DNA from: Treponemataceae bacterium | Lineage (GTDB): Bacteria > Spirochaetota > Spirochaetia > Treponematales > Rectinemataceae | Direction of reading: 5' to 3' | DNA length: 64,000 nucleotides | Assembly: GCA_963678065.2 (NCBI GenBank) | Contig: CAXXVZ010000003.1 | Location: 1,376,001 to 1,440,000, forward strand | Shown: positions 26,717 through 37,598 of the stretch, in pieces | Position numbering within the stretch: position 1 is the first letter of the stretch | Layout of the letters: each line of letters starts with the position of its first letter | The notes under the pieces: model-generated | What the model was told of the DNA's origin: nothing | Databases searched by the model: none | The model's input: the letters and a program-made list of their open reading frames with translations, nothing else | Made by a program: the position numbers and the translations under genes

Positions 26717-29013
26717 AAAGCCCCAAAGAGAGCGCCCTCAATGTCAAAGGGGCCACCCTCTACATCGACGATATCGCCGCGCCGACCGGCACCCTGGAGG
26801 GAGCGGTCAAACTCTCGACGAGCGCGCGCGGCCGCATCCTCTCCATCGACGCGACCCAAGCCCTCGAACTCGACCCCTCCGTGCGGGTCATCACCGCGAA
26901 AGACGTACCTGGCCAGAACCAGATCGGATTCTCCGTTCCTGATGAGGTCCTTCTCCCCGAGGATGAGTGGGAGTACTGGGGCCAGCCGATCGTTCTCTGC
27001 CTCGCGCGCACCCGCACCCTCGCGCGGCGGGCGGCCGCCCTCGTCGCCGTGACCGGCGAACCGCTTCCCGCCATACTCGACGAGCGCAAGGCCGCGAAGG
27101 CGGGTCACTTCATCCTCCCATCGCGGACCATGCGCTCGGGCGACCCGGAGGCCGCGTTCGCGGACTGCGCCACCGTGCTCTCCGGCACCGTCGTCTCGGG
27201 GGGCCAGGAGCACGTCTACCTGGAAACCCAGGGCGCCATCGCGGAAGTCCGCGACGGGGACAAGGTCTTCGTCATCTCCGGAACCCAGGGACCGACGGGC
27301 GTCCAGAAGGCCATCGCGCAGTCTCTCGGCATCCCCATGAACCGGGTCGAGGTCGAGGCGAGGCGCCTGGGGGGAGCCTTCGGCGGCAAGGAGGACCAGG
27401 CGGCCTACTGGGGAGCCCTCGCGGCCCTCGGGGCCTGGGTCAGCCGCAGGCCGGTCAGGCTCTATCTGAACCGGCGCGACGACATGCACGCCACCGGCAA
27501 GCGCCACCCCTACTCCTCGGACTACAAAATCGGCATGGATGCGGAGGGACGAATCCTCGCCTTCGAGGCGGACTACTACCAGAACTCGGGCTGCACCTGC
27601 GACCTCTCGCCCGCCATCCTCTCGCGCACACTCTTCCACGCGACCGGCGCCTACTCGATCCCGAACGTCAGGGTCACGGGCCACATGTGCCGCACGAACC
27701 TGCCATCTTTCACCGCCTTCCGCGGTTTCGGCGCACCCCAGGGCTTCTTCGTCGTCGAATCGGCCATCCAGGCTCTCGCGATCAAGTCGGGGCTGGACGC
27801 GAACGCCCTGCGCTACCACAACCTTTATAAGGAAGGCGAGATCACCCACTACGGCATGCCCCTCGTCTCATGCCGGACCACCGAGGCCTTCGACCGCCTC
27901 CTCGAGAAGACGCGATGGGCCTCGCTGCGCGACCGCATCGACGATTTCAACGCCGAGAACCGCCTGTACAAAAAGGGGGCGGCGATCATTCCGATCTGTT
28001 TCGGCATATCCTTCACGAAGCTTCTCATGAATCAGGCCGGGGCCCTCGTCCACGTCTACCAGGACGGCTCCGTCCTCGTCTCGACGGGCGCCATCGAGAT
28101 GGGTCAGCAGGTCAGCCGCAAGATAGCGGTGGCTGCGGCGGCCGCACTCGGCGTGGGGACAGAGCTCGTCTCGGTGGAGCGCACGACGACGCTGACAGTC
28201 GCCAACACGGTCCCGACCGCGGCGAGCACGGGCTCCGACCTCAACGCGATGGCCGCGACTCTCGCCTGCGAACAGATAAAGGCGCGGCTCGTCGCGAAGG
28301 CGGCGTCCATGCTCGGAGCCGAACCCGGATCGGTCTCGATCGAAGGCGGGCGCGTTTCCGTTTCGGGAGAGGAAGCAGAACTAGGCTGGGAGGCCCTTGT
28401 CACGGCGACCTACGAGTCGCGCGTCGACCTCTCCGCCCACGGCTTTTACTCGACGCCGGGTCTCTTCTACGACATGGCGACCGAACGGGGCAGCCCCTTC
28501 GCCTACCATGTCTACGGCGCTGCCTGCGTCGAGGCGACAGTGGATGTCCTCCGGGGGAGCTACACCCTCGACAGAGCGACCATCGTCCACGACATGGGCC
28601 GCAGCCTGGACGAGAAGGTCGACATCGGGCAGATCGAGGGAGCTCTCGCGCAGGGGCTCGGCTGGGCGCTGCTCGAGGACCTGCAGTTCGCGGGCTCGGG
28701 CGGTGTGCCTGTCCCGCCGGGCGCCCCCGCTACCGCGGGCAAACTGCTCGCCGACACGCTGTCGACCTACAAACTCCCCGACATCCACTTCATGCCGCCG
28801 GAGGTCGAAATCGAGTTCCTTTCCGAGAGGGACGGCCCCTCGGCCCTCCTGCGCTCCAAGGCGATCGGCGAGCCTCCTCTCATCTACGGCATCGCGGGCT
28901 ACTTCGCCGTTTTGGACGCGATGCGGGCCGCGCGGCTACGGGGACCCGGTCTCTTCGACCTTCCCCTGACGCCGGAAAAAGTGCTGGACTATATCATGGG
29001 GGTAAAACCGTGA
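26713..29013 (+). CDS. xdhB: Xanthine dehydrogenase molybdopterin-binding subunit
   Basis: GGQEHVYLE, GGAFGGKE, AFRGFGAPQG and SKAIGEPP. ATG 26713 overlaps the xdhA stop (ATGA). Confidence 0.92.
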   Translation: MKSPKESALNVKGATLYIDDIAAPTGTLEGAVKLSTSARGRILSIDATQALELDPSVRVITAKDVPGQNQIGFSVPDEVLLPEDEWEYWGQPIVLCLARTRTLARRAAALVAVTGEPLPAILDERKAAKAGHFILPSRTMRSGDPEAAFADCATVLSGTVVSGGQEHVYLETQGAIAEVRDGDKVFVISGTQGPTGVQKAIAQSLGIPMNRVEVEARRLGGAFGGKEDQAAYWGALAALGAWVSRRPVRLYLNRRDDMHATGKRHPYSSDYKIGMDAEGRILAFEADYYQNSGCTCDLSPAILSRTLFHATGAYSIPNVRVTGHMCRTNLPSFTAFRGFGAPQGFFVVESAIQALAIKSGLDANALRYHNLYKEGEITHYGMPLVSCRTTEAFDRLLEKTRWASLRDRIDDFNAENRLYKKGAAIIPICFGISFTKLLMNQAGALVHVYQDGSVLVSTGAIEMGQQVSRKIAVAAAAALGVGTELVSVERTTTLTVANTVPTAASTGSDLNAMAATLACEQIKARLVAKAASMLGAEPGSVSIEGGRVSVSGEEAELGWEALVTATYESRVDLSAHGFYSTPGLFYDMATERGSPFAYHVYGAACVEATVDVLRGSYTLDRATIVHDMGRSLDEKVDIGQIEGALAQGLGWALLEDLQFAGSGGVPVPPGAPATAGKLLADTLSTYKLPDIHFMPPEVEIEFLSERDGPSALLRSKAIGEPPLIYGIAGYFAVLDAMRAARLRGPGLFDLPLTPEKVLDYIMGVKP

Positions 29014-30476
29014 GCGGCCTCGGATCGACGATCCTGCGGAACGGACTCTTCGCCCTGCCGGGCGAGACGGATCTGAAGAGAAGAAGCATGCGGATCGAAA
29101 ACGGCCGTATCGCGGAAATATCGGAAACCCTGGCAGGAAATCCGGCCAGCCCCGGCGCCGGGTCAGAGGCCGGCAGCTTGCCCTCGCCCGGAACGATAAT
29201 CGTGGACGCGTGCGGCCTCATGGTCTTCCCCGGCGCGATCGACCCCCACGTCCACTTCGACGAGCCGGGTTTCACGCACCGCGAGGACTTCTTCCACGGA
29301 ACATGCGAGGCCGCGAAGGGCGGCGTCACGACGGTCGTCGACATGCCCTGCACCTCCCTGCCCCCGGTGACCACCCTGGAGGCCCTCGAGACCAAGCTCG
29401 CCATCATCTCGAAGCGCGCCGTCGTCGACTACGCCCTCTACGGCGGCGTCTCGGGCCATACGGCCGAAGCGAGCCTCGCGCGCCACATGGCGGAGCTTGC
29501 GCCGCGCGTCGTCGGCTTCAAGTGCTACTTCGTCTCCGGCATGGACACTTTCACGAGCGTCGATCCTGCGACCTTCGGCCGGGTGGTCGCGCAGGGCGCG
29601 GCGCTCGGAAGACCCGTTCTCCTCCACGCGGAGGATCCGGCCACGGTCCGTGCAGCCACGGAGCGCGTCCGCGCGCGCAGAGAGGACATCGCCGAGGGCC
29701 GCGTCGCTCCCGACGAAGCACCCGCATGGCGCGACTACTACGAGACCCGTCCCCGCGAAGCCGAGATCGAGGCCATGCGCTCCGCCCTGGAAGCCGCGGG
29801 AGAGAACGCCGCGACCCTCCACGTGGTCCATGTCGGAACCGCGCGGGCGGCGGAGCTCATAGCCGCATCCGGCGGCGCACCTTGCGCGGCGACGTGCGAA
29901 ACCTGCGCCCACTACCTCGCCTTCGACGAAAACGACTTTGCGCGACTCGGTGCCTCGCTCAAGACGGCCCCGCCCGTGAAAGGACCTGGGGAGAAGGCGC
30001 AACTCTGGAAGCTCCTCGCGTCGGGAGCGATCTCCTTCGTGACGAGCGACCACGCCCCGGCGCCGGATTACGAGAAGAACACGGGCAACCCGCTCACGGC
30101 CTACGGCGGCATCCCGGGCACAGGGACCATGTTCCCCTTCATGCTCTCGGAGGGCTATCTCGCGGGCAGACTCGGCCTTCCTCGCTTCCTGGATGCGGTC
30201 GCAGGCGCCGCCGCGCGCCGATACGGACTCTCTGGCCGCAAGGGCTCGCTCGAGCCGGGCAAGGACGCCGACTTCGTCCTCGTCGACCCGGCCGGAAAAA
30301 CGACCATCAGCGGCGAAAAGCTCCTCTCAAAAGGAAAAATCACGCCTTTCGAGGGCATGACCTTCTCAGGCTCGATCCGCTCGACCTGGCTGCGCGGCCG
30401 GGCCGTCTACACCGAACGCGATTCCATCCTCGCCGAACCCGGCTTCGGCGAATATCTGACCTGGGGGTGCCTGTGA
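29010..30476 (+). CDS. Cyclic amidohydrolase (allantoinase/hydantoinase/dihydroorotase family)
   Basis: DPHVHFDEPG..HREDF, DMPCTSLP, GFKCY, HAE, HVVH and SDHAP. GTGA overlap at the start. Confidence 0.85.
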   Translation: MSGLGSTILRNGLFALPGETDLKRRSMRIENGRIAEISETLAGNPASPGAGSEAGSLPSPGTIIVDACGLMVFPGAIDPHVHFDEPGFTHREDFFHGTCEAAKGGVTTVVDMPCTSLPPVTTLEALETKLAIISKRAVVDYALYGGVSGHTAEASLARHMAELAPRVVGFKCYFVSGMDTFTSVDPATFGRVVAQGAALGRPVLLHAEDPATVRAATERVRARREDIAEGRVAPDEAPAWRDYYETRPREAEIEAMRSALEAAGENAATLHVVHVGTARAAELIAASGGAPCAATCETCAHYLAFDENDFARLGASLKTAPPVKGPGEKAQLWKLLASGAISFVTSDHAPAPDYEKNTGNPLTAYGGIPGTGTMFPFMLSEGYLAGRLGLPRFLDAVAGAAARRYGLSGRKGSLEPGKDADFVLVDPAGKTTISGEKLLSKGKITPFEGMTFSGSIRSTWLRGRAVYTERDSILAEPGFGEYLTWGCL

Positions 30477-33400
30477 GTAAAATCATGAAGACGACCCCGC
30501 TATCCGTGCTTTTGGGCCGGATCGCGGGCGAATATGCGGCCAAGCGAAGCATTTTCGAGATACCGGAATCCTGTTTCGCGAAAGCTTTTGTCCTCGAGGC
30601 GAAAAGCCCCGGCCTGGCGGTCATGTCGGGTCGGGCCTCGCTTCCGGTGGGCCCCGCCGCAGGGCCGCACAGCCAGATCGCGCCCAACCTCGTCGCCGCC
30701 TACCTCTCGGGATCGCGTGTCTTCGAGCTCAAAACCGTCCAGGAGAACGACCACCTCGACATCGAGAAGCCCTGCATCGAGGCGCTCGACGAAGGACACA
30801 ACGTCGAGTGGTCCACGGAGCTCACTCTGACACAGGCGCGCGAGGAATACCTGCGCGGCTGGATCGCCGTCAACCTCCTCGCGGCCGTCTTCTCCGCGAA
30901 ACCCCGCGACTTCTTCTTCAACATGTCCGTCGGCTACACGCTGGACGGCATCAGGGGGCACAAGGTCGACGCCTACATCGAGGGCATGCGAAGACCTGAG
31001 CGGACCGCGTTCTGGTTCGAGGCGATGAAGCAAACGCGCTCCTTCGTCGAATCCGGGGCCTTCGCCTCGGCTTTCGGCCCCGGGGCCCGCGAGAGGGCGG
31101 CCGCCCTCTGCGAGGCCTTCCCCGCGAAGCCCGTCCACTCCGTCACCCTCTCCACCATGCACGGCTGCCCTCCCGCCGAGATCGAGCGCATCGGCCGGTA
31201 CCTCATCGTCGACAAGGGCTTCGACGCCTATGTCAAGCTGAATCCGACCCTTCTCGGCTACGACCGCGCCCGCGACATCCTGGACGGCCTCGGCTGGAAC
31301 GATATTTCCCTGAAGCGCGAGAGCTTCGAGCACGACCTTCAGTTCGCCGACGCACTCAAGCTTGTCGCGAACCTGAAGGCGACGGCGGAGGATTCGGGCC
31401 GCGAGTTCGGCATCAAGCTCTCCAACACCCTCGCCAACGCCAACACGGGGAGCTTCCTTCCCGGCGGCGAGCGCTACATGTCCGGCCGCGCCCTCTTCCC
31501 GATCACGGTCGCCCTCGCCGCCGACCTCGCATCCACCTTGGCCGAAACCCTGCCCGACTTTGGCGCGAGATTCTCCTACTGCGGAGGCGTCTCGGCGCTC
31601 AACGCGGCCGGGCTCGTCGGGGCGGGCATGGCTCCCCTCACGATAGCGACCGACATCCTGAAGCCGGGTGGCTACCAGCGCCTCCTCGCCGTGGCCGAAC
31701 GCGCAGTCGCGGCCCTCCCCGGCGCCCCCATCGCGGCAAACGCGGCGGCGCTTTCGGCGCTCGCGGCCGCTGCCCGGACCAAAGCCGAATACCGGAAGGA
31801 CTGGAAGCAGGGTCGCGCCTCGATCGCTGCGAAGCTGCCTGTCTTCGACTGCTTCGCCGCCCCCTGCATAGAAGCCTGCCCCGTCAACCAGAAGGTGCCC
31901 GCCTACATCGCGGCCGCCGCCGCGGGCGAGTCCGCCCAGGCACTCGCCACCATCCTTTCGGACAATCCTCTGCCCCATATAACTGGGGTCCTCTGCGACC
32001 ACGTCTGCCAGGAACACTGCAGCCGCGTCGACTACGAGGGATCGGTCCGCATCCGCGACGTCAAGCTCGCCTGTGCCCGGGCCTGCAGTCTGCCGGATTC
32101 CGCGGCGGCCATCGCCACCCGGCTCGCCCCCGAAACCGCGGACAAAGCCGCCGCATTCGGAAAGGTCGCGGTCGTGGGGGCGGGCCCTGCCGGACTCGCC
32201 TGCGCCCACCATCTCGCCCTCGCAGGAATCGCCGTCACCATCTTCGAGCGCGCGCAGAGGCCGGGCGGCGTGCCCGTCAACGTCATCCCGAAGTTCCGCA
32301 TCGCGCGCGAGGACATCGCCGCCGACATCGACAGGATCGAGTCCCTCGGCGTGAAGTTCGAGTTCGGAAAGAGGGTTTCAGGCGCCGCCGAACTGAAGGA
32401 GGCGGGATTCTCCGCCGTTTTCCTCGGCATAGGGGCCGACTCGGCCCGCTCCCTCGGCCTCGCGGGCTCGGGCATCAGGGAAATCGACGCCCTCGAGTTC
32501 CTCGAAACCCTCTCCGGCGAGCCCGCTGCCTATGCGGGCTCGAAACATGTCGTCGTAGCCGGCGGCGGCAACACCGCCATGGACGCCGTGCGCAGCGCCA
32601 CCCGCATCCCCGGAGTCCGGAGCGTGAAGCTCTCCTACCGAAGGACGGTGGCCGAGATGCCCGCCGACCGCGAGGAACTCGAGAACGCCCTCGCGGAAGC
32701 GAATGCTCTGGCGACAGCCTCAGGCGCGGCTGGGGGCTGCTTCCTCGAACTCAGCCTGCCCGAGAGCGCCGCGCCGGGGCTCCTCACGCTCAGGAAGATG
32801 AAGCTCGGCGACAGGGACGCCTCCGGCCGACGCAGCCCCGTCCCTTCGGACGAAACCTTCGCCCTGCCCTGCGACATCCTGGTCGCGGCCATCGGCGAGT
32901 CCCCTGACCGCGCGGCGCTTGAATCCTTCGGCGTCGCGGTCGGAACCGACGGCCGCCCCGTCGCCGATCCTGCGACCATGTCGGCAGCGCCCGGAATTTA
33001 TGTCGGAGGCGACGCGCGGCGTGGCCCTGCCTCCATCATCTCGGCTGAGGCGGACGGCAGGAGGGCGGCCTACGCCATCCTCCGGACTGCGGGAATCGAG
33101 CCGCCGGCCGCCGGCTACGTCGCCCCCGCGGCCGATGCGGAAAAGCTCGCCGCGCGCGGCCAGACCATCCCCTCCCTCGACCCAGCCGACCCTGACTTCG
33201 TCGCGCGCGAGGCCGAACGCTGCCTGGCCTGCGACTCGGCCTGCCTGCGCTGCGTCGAGGTCTGCCCGAACAGGGCCAACGCCTTCGTCGCGGTCGGCGC
33301 CCCCTTCGCGCAAGGACTGCAGATCGTCCACGTCGACCGTCTGTGCAACGAGTGCGGCAACTGCGGCGTATTCTGCCCCTGGGAGGGCGAACCCTTCCGC

Positions 33401-33688
33401 GGGAAACCCACTCTCTTCGACACGGCGGCAGAGCTCGAAGCCTCGACGAACGCGGGATTCGCCTTCGTCGCCGCGCCGCCGGCATCAACGCCGGCACCCG
33501 GCATGGTCGCGTCGACCGGGAATTCCGCTCCGGACCTCGCCCTCAAGACCGCCACCGGAGCGCCTGTGCACGTCTACAGTCACGCCGAGTGGAACGGCGC
33601 GAGCCTGCCCGCGACGGCGGCGCCCATGGCCGCCCTCGCCCGCGCCGTATGGCGCGACCACCGCTACCTCGCAGGAGGCGCAAAGTGA
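30473..33688 (+). CDS. ygfK: YgfK-type flavin/Fe-S reductase (annotated putative selenate reductase subunit)
   Basis: GPAAGPHSQ, LSTMHGCP, KLNPTLLG, GAGPAG, GGGNTAMD and C-terminal ferredoxin CNECGNC. GTG 30473. Confidence 0.93.
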   Translation: MSKIMKTTPLSVLLGRIAGEYAAKRSIFEIPESCFAKAFVLEAKSPGLAVMSGRASLPVGPAAGPHSQIAPNLVAAYLSGSRVFELKTVQENDHLDIEKPCIEALDEGHNVEWSTELTLTQAREEYLRGWIAVNLLAAVFSAKPRDFFFNMSVGYTLDGIRGHKVDAYIEGMRRPERTAFWFEAMKQTRSFVESGAFASAFGPGARERAAALCEAFPAKPVHSVTLSTMHGCPPAEIERIGRYLIVDKGFDAYVKLNPTLLGYDRARDILDGLGWNDISLKRESFEHDLQFADALKLVANLKATAEDSGREFGIKLSNTLANANTGSFLPGGERYMSGRALFPITVALAADLASTLAETLPDFGARFSYCGGVSALNAAGLVGAGMAPLTIATDILKPGGYQRLLAVAERAVAALPGAPIAANAAALSALAAAARTKAEYRKDWKQGRASIAAKLPVFDCFAAPCIEACPVNQKVPAYIAAAAAGESAQALATILSDNPLPHITGVLCDHVCQEHCSRVDYEGSVRIRDVKLACARACSLPDSAAAIATRLAPETADKAAAFGKVAVVGAGPAGLACAHHLALAGIAVTIFERAQRPGGVPVNVIPKFRIAREDIAADIDRIESLGVKFEFGKRVSGAAELKEAGFSAVFLGIGADSARSLGLAGSGIREIDALEFLETLSGEPAAYAGSKHVVVAGGGNTAMDAVRSATRIPGVRSVKLSYRRTVAEMPADREELENALAEANALATASGAAGGCFLELSLPESAAPGLLTLRKMKLGDRDASGRRSPVPSDETFALPCDILVAAIGESPDRAALESFGVAVGTDGRPVADPATMSAAPGIYVGGDARRGPASIISAEADGRRAAYAILRTAGIEPPAAGYVAPAADAEKLAARGQTIPSLDPADPDFVAREAERCLACDSACLRCVEVCPNRANAFVAVGAPFAQGLQIVHVDRLCNECGNCGVFCPWEGEPFRGKPTLFDTAAELEASTNAGFAFVAAPPASTPAPGMVASTGNSAPDLALKTATGAPVHVYSHAEWNGASLPATAAPMAALARAVWRDHRYLAGGAK

Positions 33689-35163
33689 TCCTCTTCGAGA
33701 ACATGCGCATCATTTCATGGAACCCGCCCGCCGTATCGGGCCCCCTGGATGTCGTCGCCTATGGCCCGGATGAGGGCGTACCCTCACAGACTCTCCCGTC
33801 TCCGGGTGGCGCCGACGCGGGCAGCCCTGCCGGTGGCAGCCGGGCGGGAACAATCGCCGAAGTCGGCACCAATCTCGCAGCCCGCTACCCGGGCGCCAGG
33901 CGCGTCGCCTCGGGCGGCTACCTCTCGCCAGGCCTCGTGCTCTCCCACACACACCTCTACTCCGCCCTCGCGCGCGGCATGATGGTCTCGATCAAACCTT
34001 CCAAGGACTTCGCCCAGCAGCTCGATCACCTCTGGTGGCGCCTCGACCGGGCCATCGATCTTCCCATACTCGAATCGAGCGGGCTCGCCGGCCTCGCCGA
34101 CGCGGCCTTCTCGGGCGTCACGGCCGTCGTCGATCACCACGCCGGCCCCGAGGCGATCGACGGCAGCCTCTCCGTGCTCCGCGGAGCCTACGAGAAGATC
34201 GGTCTGCGCGGCCTCCTCTGTTACGAGACCACGGATCGCAACGGCATGGCCGGAGCGCGCGCGGGCGTGGCCGAAAACGTCAGATTCGCCCGCGAAATCG
34301 ACGCCGGACGAAAGGCAGGACGACGCCCCCTCGTCGACGGGGCCATCGGCGGACACGCCGGCTTCACCGTCGGCACCGAGACGCTGGAAGCCCTCGGAGA
34401 CGCCGTTTGCTCCACCGGACGGGGCATCCACATCCACCTCGGCGAGGATAAGTACGACGCCGTCGACTCACGCCATCGATTCGGAGCCGACCTCGTCGAG
34501 CGGATGGACGCGGCCGGCTGCCTCGGACCGAAGAGCATCGTCGGCCACGGCGTCTGGCTGACCGACAGCGAGGTCGAGATCCTGAACGGGCGCGATGCCT
34601 TCCTCGCCCACAACGCCCGCTCGAACATGAACAACGCCGTCGGCTACAACGCCCTCCTCACCCGTTTCAGGAACGTCATACTCGGGACGGACGGCATGAG
34701 CGCCGACATGCTCGAAGAGTTCAAGTTCGCCGTCTTCCGCCACCGCGAGACGGCCGGTCCCTGGTGGCCGGACAACTTCCTCGAGTGCATGGACCGCGGC
34801 AACCGCCTCCTCGAGCGCTATTTCGGCGCGGACTTCGCCCATGGCGCCGCTGCGAGCACCGCCGCCGCGAGCACTGTCCCCAGCGTCCCTGGACTCCCGG
34901 GCTCGGGTCCGCGCTTCGGCTCCATCGAGGCCGGAAGCCCCGCGGACGTGGTGGTCTGGAACTACGACCCGCCTACGCCCCTTGAGGGCGGCAATCTCGC
35001 GGGACACCTGGCCTTCGGCCTCGGATCCCGGTCGGTACGAAGCGTCGCCGTGAACGGCGATATGATCATAGAGAACGGACAGGCCCGATTCGACCAGGCC
35101 GCCATCATGGCGACCGCGCGCGACGAGGCCGCCCGGCTCTGGAAACGGATGGAGGAGAGGTAA
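33685..35163 (+). CDS. ssnA: SsnA-type amidohydrolase
   Basis: HTHLYSALARG, WWRLDRA, DHHA, CYETTDR and HNARSNMNN. Confidence 0.9.
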   Translation: MILFENMRIISWNPPAVSGPLDVVAYGPDEGVPSQTLPSPGGADAGSPAGGSRAGTIAEVGTNLAARYPGARRVASGGYLSPGLVLSHTHLYSALARGMMVSIKPSKDFAQQLDHLWWRLDRAIDLPILESSGLAGLADAAFSGVTAVVDHHAGPEAIDGSLSVLRGAYEKIGLRGLLCYETTDRNGMAGARAGVAENVRFAREIDAGRKAGRRPLVDGAIGGHAGFTVGTETLEALGDAVCSTGRGIHIHLGEDKYDAVDSRHRFGADLVERMDAAGCLGPKSIVGHGVWLTDSEVEILNGRDAFLAHNARSNMNNAVGYNALLTRFRNVILGTDGMSADMLEEFKFAVFRHRETAGPWWPDNFLECMDRGNRLLERYFGADFAHGAAASTAAASTVPSVPGLPGSGPRFGSIEAGSPADVVVWNYDPPTPLEGGNLAGHLAFGLGSRSVRSVAVNGDMIIENGQARFDQAAIMATARDEAARLWKRMEER

Positions 35164-35167
35164 ATCC

Positions 35168-36376
35168 ATGTCGACGAAAACGATTCTCGAAAAAGCGAAG
35201 GCTTACAGAGACTACACGGCCAAAAACCTGAGCGAAATGATAAAGGTGCCGGGCTTCTCCTGCACGGAGAAAGAGCGGGTCCTGGTCCTCAGGAAAATGT
35301 GCGAAGAGGTCGGCATGGAAGACATCCGCATCGACGGTCTCGGCAGCCTCCTCGGCCGCGTCGGCAATGGGCCGAAGAAGCTCGTCTTCGACGCCCACAT
35401 CGACACGGTCGGTGTCGGCGACCCCGCCCAGTGGAAGACCCCGCCCCACTCCGGCATCATAAAGGACGGCCTCGTCTACGGCCGCGGCGCCTCCGATCAG
35501 CTCGGCGGGGCAGCCTCCATGATCAGCGCAGCCCGCATCCTGAAAGAGATGGACTATAAAGGCGAGTACACCGTCTGGTTCGCCTTCACCACGATCGAGG
35601 AGGATTGCGACGGCCTGTGCTGGAAGTACCTCATCGAGGAAGAGAAGTTCGTCCCCGACATGGTCGTCTCCACCGAGCCCACGAGCTGCCGACTCTACCG
35701 CGGACACCGCGGTCGCATGGAGATCCAGATCGACATTAAGGGTATCTCCTGCCACGGCTCAGCGCCTGAGCGCGGCGAGAACGCCGGCTACAAGGCCGCC
35801 CGCGCGGCCCTCGCCCTCGAGAAACTCAACGCCGAGCTCGAGCCCGACGACGATGGCTTCCTCGGCAAGGGCACCATCGTCGTCTCCCAGATCAAGGTCA
35901 ACGGTCCCTCACAGTGCGCCGTGCCCGATCAGGCCATGCTCTACTGCGACCGCCGCCTCACATGGGGCGAGGACGACAAGCTCGCCATCGGCCAGGTCGA
36001 GAAGGCCCTCGCCGCAGCCGGGGTCGACAAGTTCAGCGTGAAGATGCCCGAATACGCCCAGCCCGCCTACACGGGCCTTTTGTACAAGCAGGAACTCTAC
36101 TTCCCCACCTGGAAGATCCCCGCCGACTCGAAACTCGTCACTTCCGGCGTCGACGCCTACACCGCTCTCTACGGCAAAGCTCCTGTGGTCGACAAGTGGA
36201 CCTTCTCCACGAACGGCGTCGCGATCTGCGGACGGCACAAGATCCCGACGATCGGATTCGGCCCCGGCGACGAGAGCCAGGCCCACGCCCCCAACGAGAT
36301 CAACCGCATCGACGACCTCGAGATCTGCGCCGCTTTCTACGCCGCCCTGCCCTACGCCCTGGAGCAAAAGGCATGA
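35168..36376 (+). CDS. ygeY: YgeY family M20 hydrolase
   Basis: DAHIDTV, EEDCDG, GHRGRMEI, WTFSTNG and AHAPNE. Confidence 0.92.
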   Translation: MSTKTILEKAKAYRDYTAKNLSEMIKVPGFSCTEKERVLVLRKMCEEVGMEDIRIDGLGSLLGRVGNGPKKLVFDAHIDTVGVGDPAQWKTPPHSGIIKDGLVYGRGASDQLGGAASMISAARILKEMDYKGEYTVWFAFTTIEEDCDGLCWKYLIEEEKFVPDMVVSTEPTSCRLYRGHRGRMEIQIDIKGISCHGSAPERGENAGYKAARAALALEKLNAELEPDDDGFLGKGTIVVSQIKVNGPSQCAVPDQAMLYCDRRLTWGEDDKLAIGQVEKALAAAGVDKFSVKMPEYAQPAYTGLLYKQELYFPTWKIPADSKLVTSGVDAYTALYGKAPVVDKWTFSTNGVAICGRHKIPTIGFGPGDESQAHAPNEINRIDDLEICAAFYAALPYALEQKA

Positions 36377-37587
36377 AATGGCTCTACCGCTGCCCAAGCT
36401 GCGGCGCCGAATACCCCATCGAGCCGGGCCGCTACCTCTGCGACCCATGCTCGGCCTCCAACGTTCCCGGCAGGCCGCTCGAGGGTATCCTCGAGTGCGC
36501 CTGGGAGGGCGAGTGGTCTCCGGCGGCCGCTGGCGGCCGTGGCGCGACCGTATCGGCAGGACCGACGGCAGCGATTGCCTCGATCCCCCTCCCCGTCGAG
36601 CCCGAATACTTCCCCGACCTCCCCGTCGGCGACACCCCGCTCTGGGCGAGCTCGCGCCTGCGGACCGCGGTCGGCTTCCCCGGCCTCTGGCTCAAGGACG
36701 ACACCTGCAACCCCTCGGGCTCCTACAAGGACCGCGCGAGCTTCCTCGTCGCCGCCTTCGCGAAAAAGTTCGGCATCGACGAGATAGCCCTCGCCTCGAC
36801 GGGCAACGCCGCGTCCAGCATGGCCTGCGTCGGGGCGGCCGCCGGCCTGAAAATTACCGTATTCCTCCCCGCGAAGGCGCCCGCGGCCAAGCGCATCCAG
36901 GTCCTCCAGTACGGGGCGACCTTGCGCGAAGTCCAGGGCACCTACGACCTCGCCTTCGACCAATCCCTCGCCTACTCGGCCGAGACGGGAGTGCTCTCGC
37001 GCAACACCGCCTACAACCCCCTCACGATCGAGGGCAAGAAGACGGCCGCCTTCGAGATCGTGCGCGACCTCAAAAAGGCCAGAGGCGAAGTCGCAGGGCG
37101 CAGAGTCGACCACGTCTTCGTCCCCACGGGCGACGGCGTCATCCTCTCAGGCCTCATCCGCGGCTTCGAGGACCTCATCAGGCTCGGGGAAGTCGATGTC
37201 ATGCCGACCTTCTGGGCCGCCCAGGCAGGTGGATCGAGCGCCCTGGCCCGCGCCCTCGAGACGGGCGTCTTCACCGAGGTGAGTTCGGACACCATCGCCG
37301 ACTCGATCTCCGTCGACGTCCCGCGCAACGGCAGCTACGCCCTGGCCAAGCTGAAAAAGTACGCGGGGCGCGCCGTCGTCGTCTCGGACGCGGAAATACT
37401 CGAGGCGCAGCGCTACGTTTCCGCCAACTCAGGGCTTTTCGCCGAGCCCTCCAGCGCCTGCGCCTTCGCGGGTTTCATGAAGGCGCGACCCTCTCTCGAC
37501 CCCGACTCCACCGTCGTCGTCATGCTCACCGGATCGGGACTCAAGGACATCGCGGGGGCGGCCAAGGCCGTCGGCGCCCGCATATAA
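36373..37587 (+). CDS. Threonine synthase-like fold-type II PLP enzyme with N-terminal CxxC...CxxC
   Basis: NPSGSYKDR, ASTGNAA, EGKKT, EPSSA and LTGSGLK. Confidence 0.85.
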   Translation: MKWLYRCPSCGAEYPIEPGRYLCDPCSASNVPGRPLEGILECAWEGEWSPAAAGGRGATVSAGPTAAIASIPLPVEPEYFPDLPVGDTPLWASSRLRTAVGFPGLWLKDDTCNPSGSYKDRASFLVAAFAKKFGIDEIALASTGNAASSMACVGAAAGLKITVFLPAKAPAAKRIQVLQYGATLREVQGTYDLAFDQSLAYSAETGVLSRNTAYNPLTIEGKKTAAFEIVRDLKKARGEVAGRRVDHVFVPTGDGVILSGLIRGFEDLIRLGEVDVMPTFWAAQAGGSSALARALETGVFTEVSSDTIADSISVDVPRNGSYALAKLKKYAGRAVVVSDAEILEAQRYVSANSGLFAEPSSACAFAGFMKARPSLDPDSTVVVMLTGSGLKDIAGAAKAVGARI

Positions 37588-37598
37588 AGGAGAACGAA

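Noticed and set aside
29210..30472. 1492-aa ORF suggesting a giant YgfK fusion; similar N-terminal extensions on xdhB, the amidohydrolase, ssnA and the PLP enzymes
   Set aside because: The extensions are Arg/Pro-rich off-frame readings of the upstream gene. Real starts sit at ATGA/GTGA overlaps or RBS sites.
36373..37587. Housekeeping thrC assignment
   Set aside because: It is embedded in the purine operon without hom/thrB, so it is left without a symbol.
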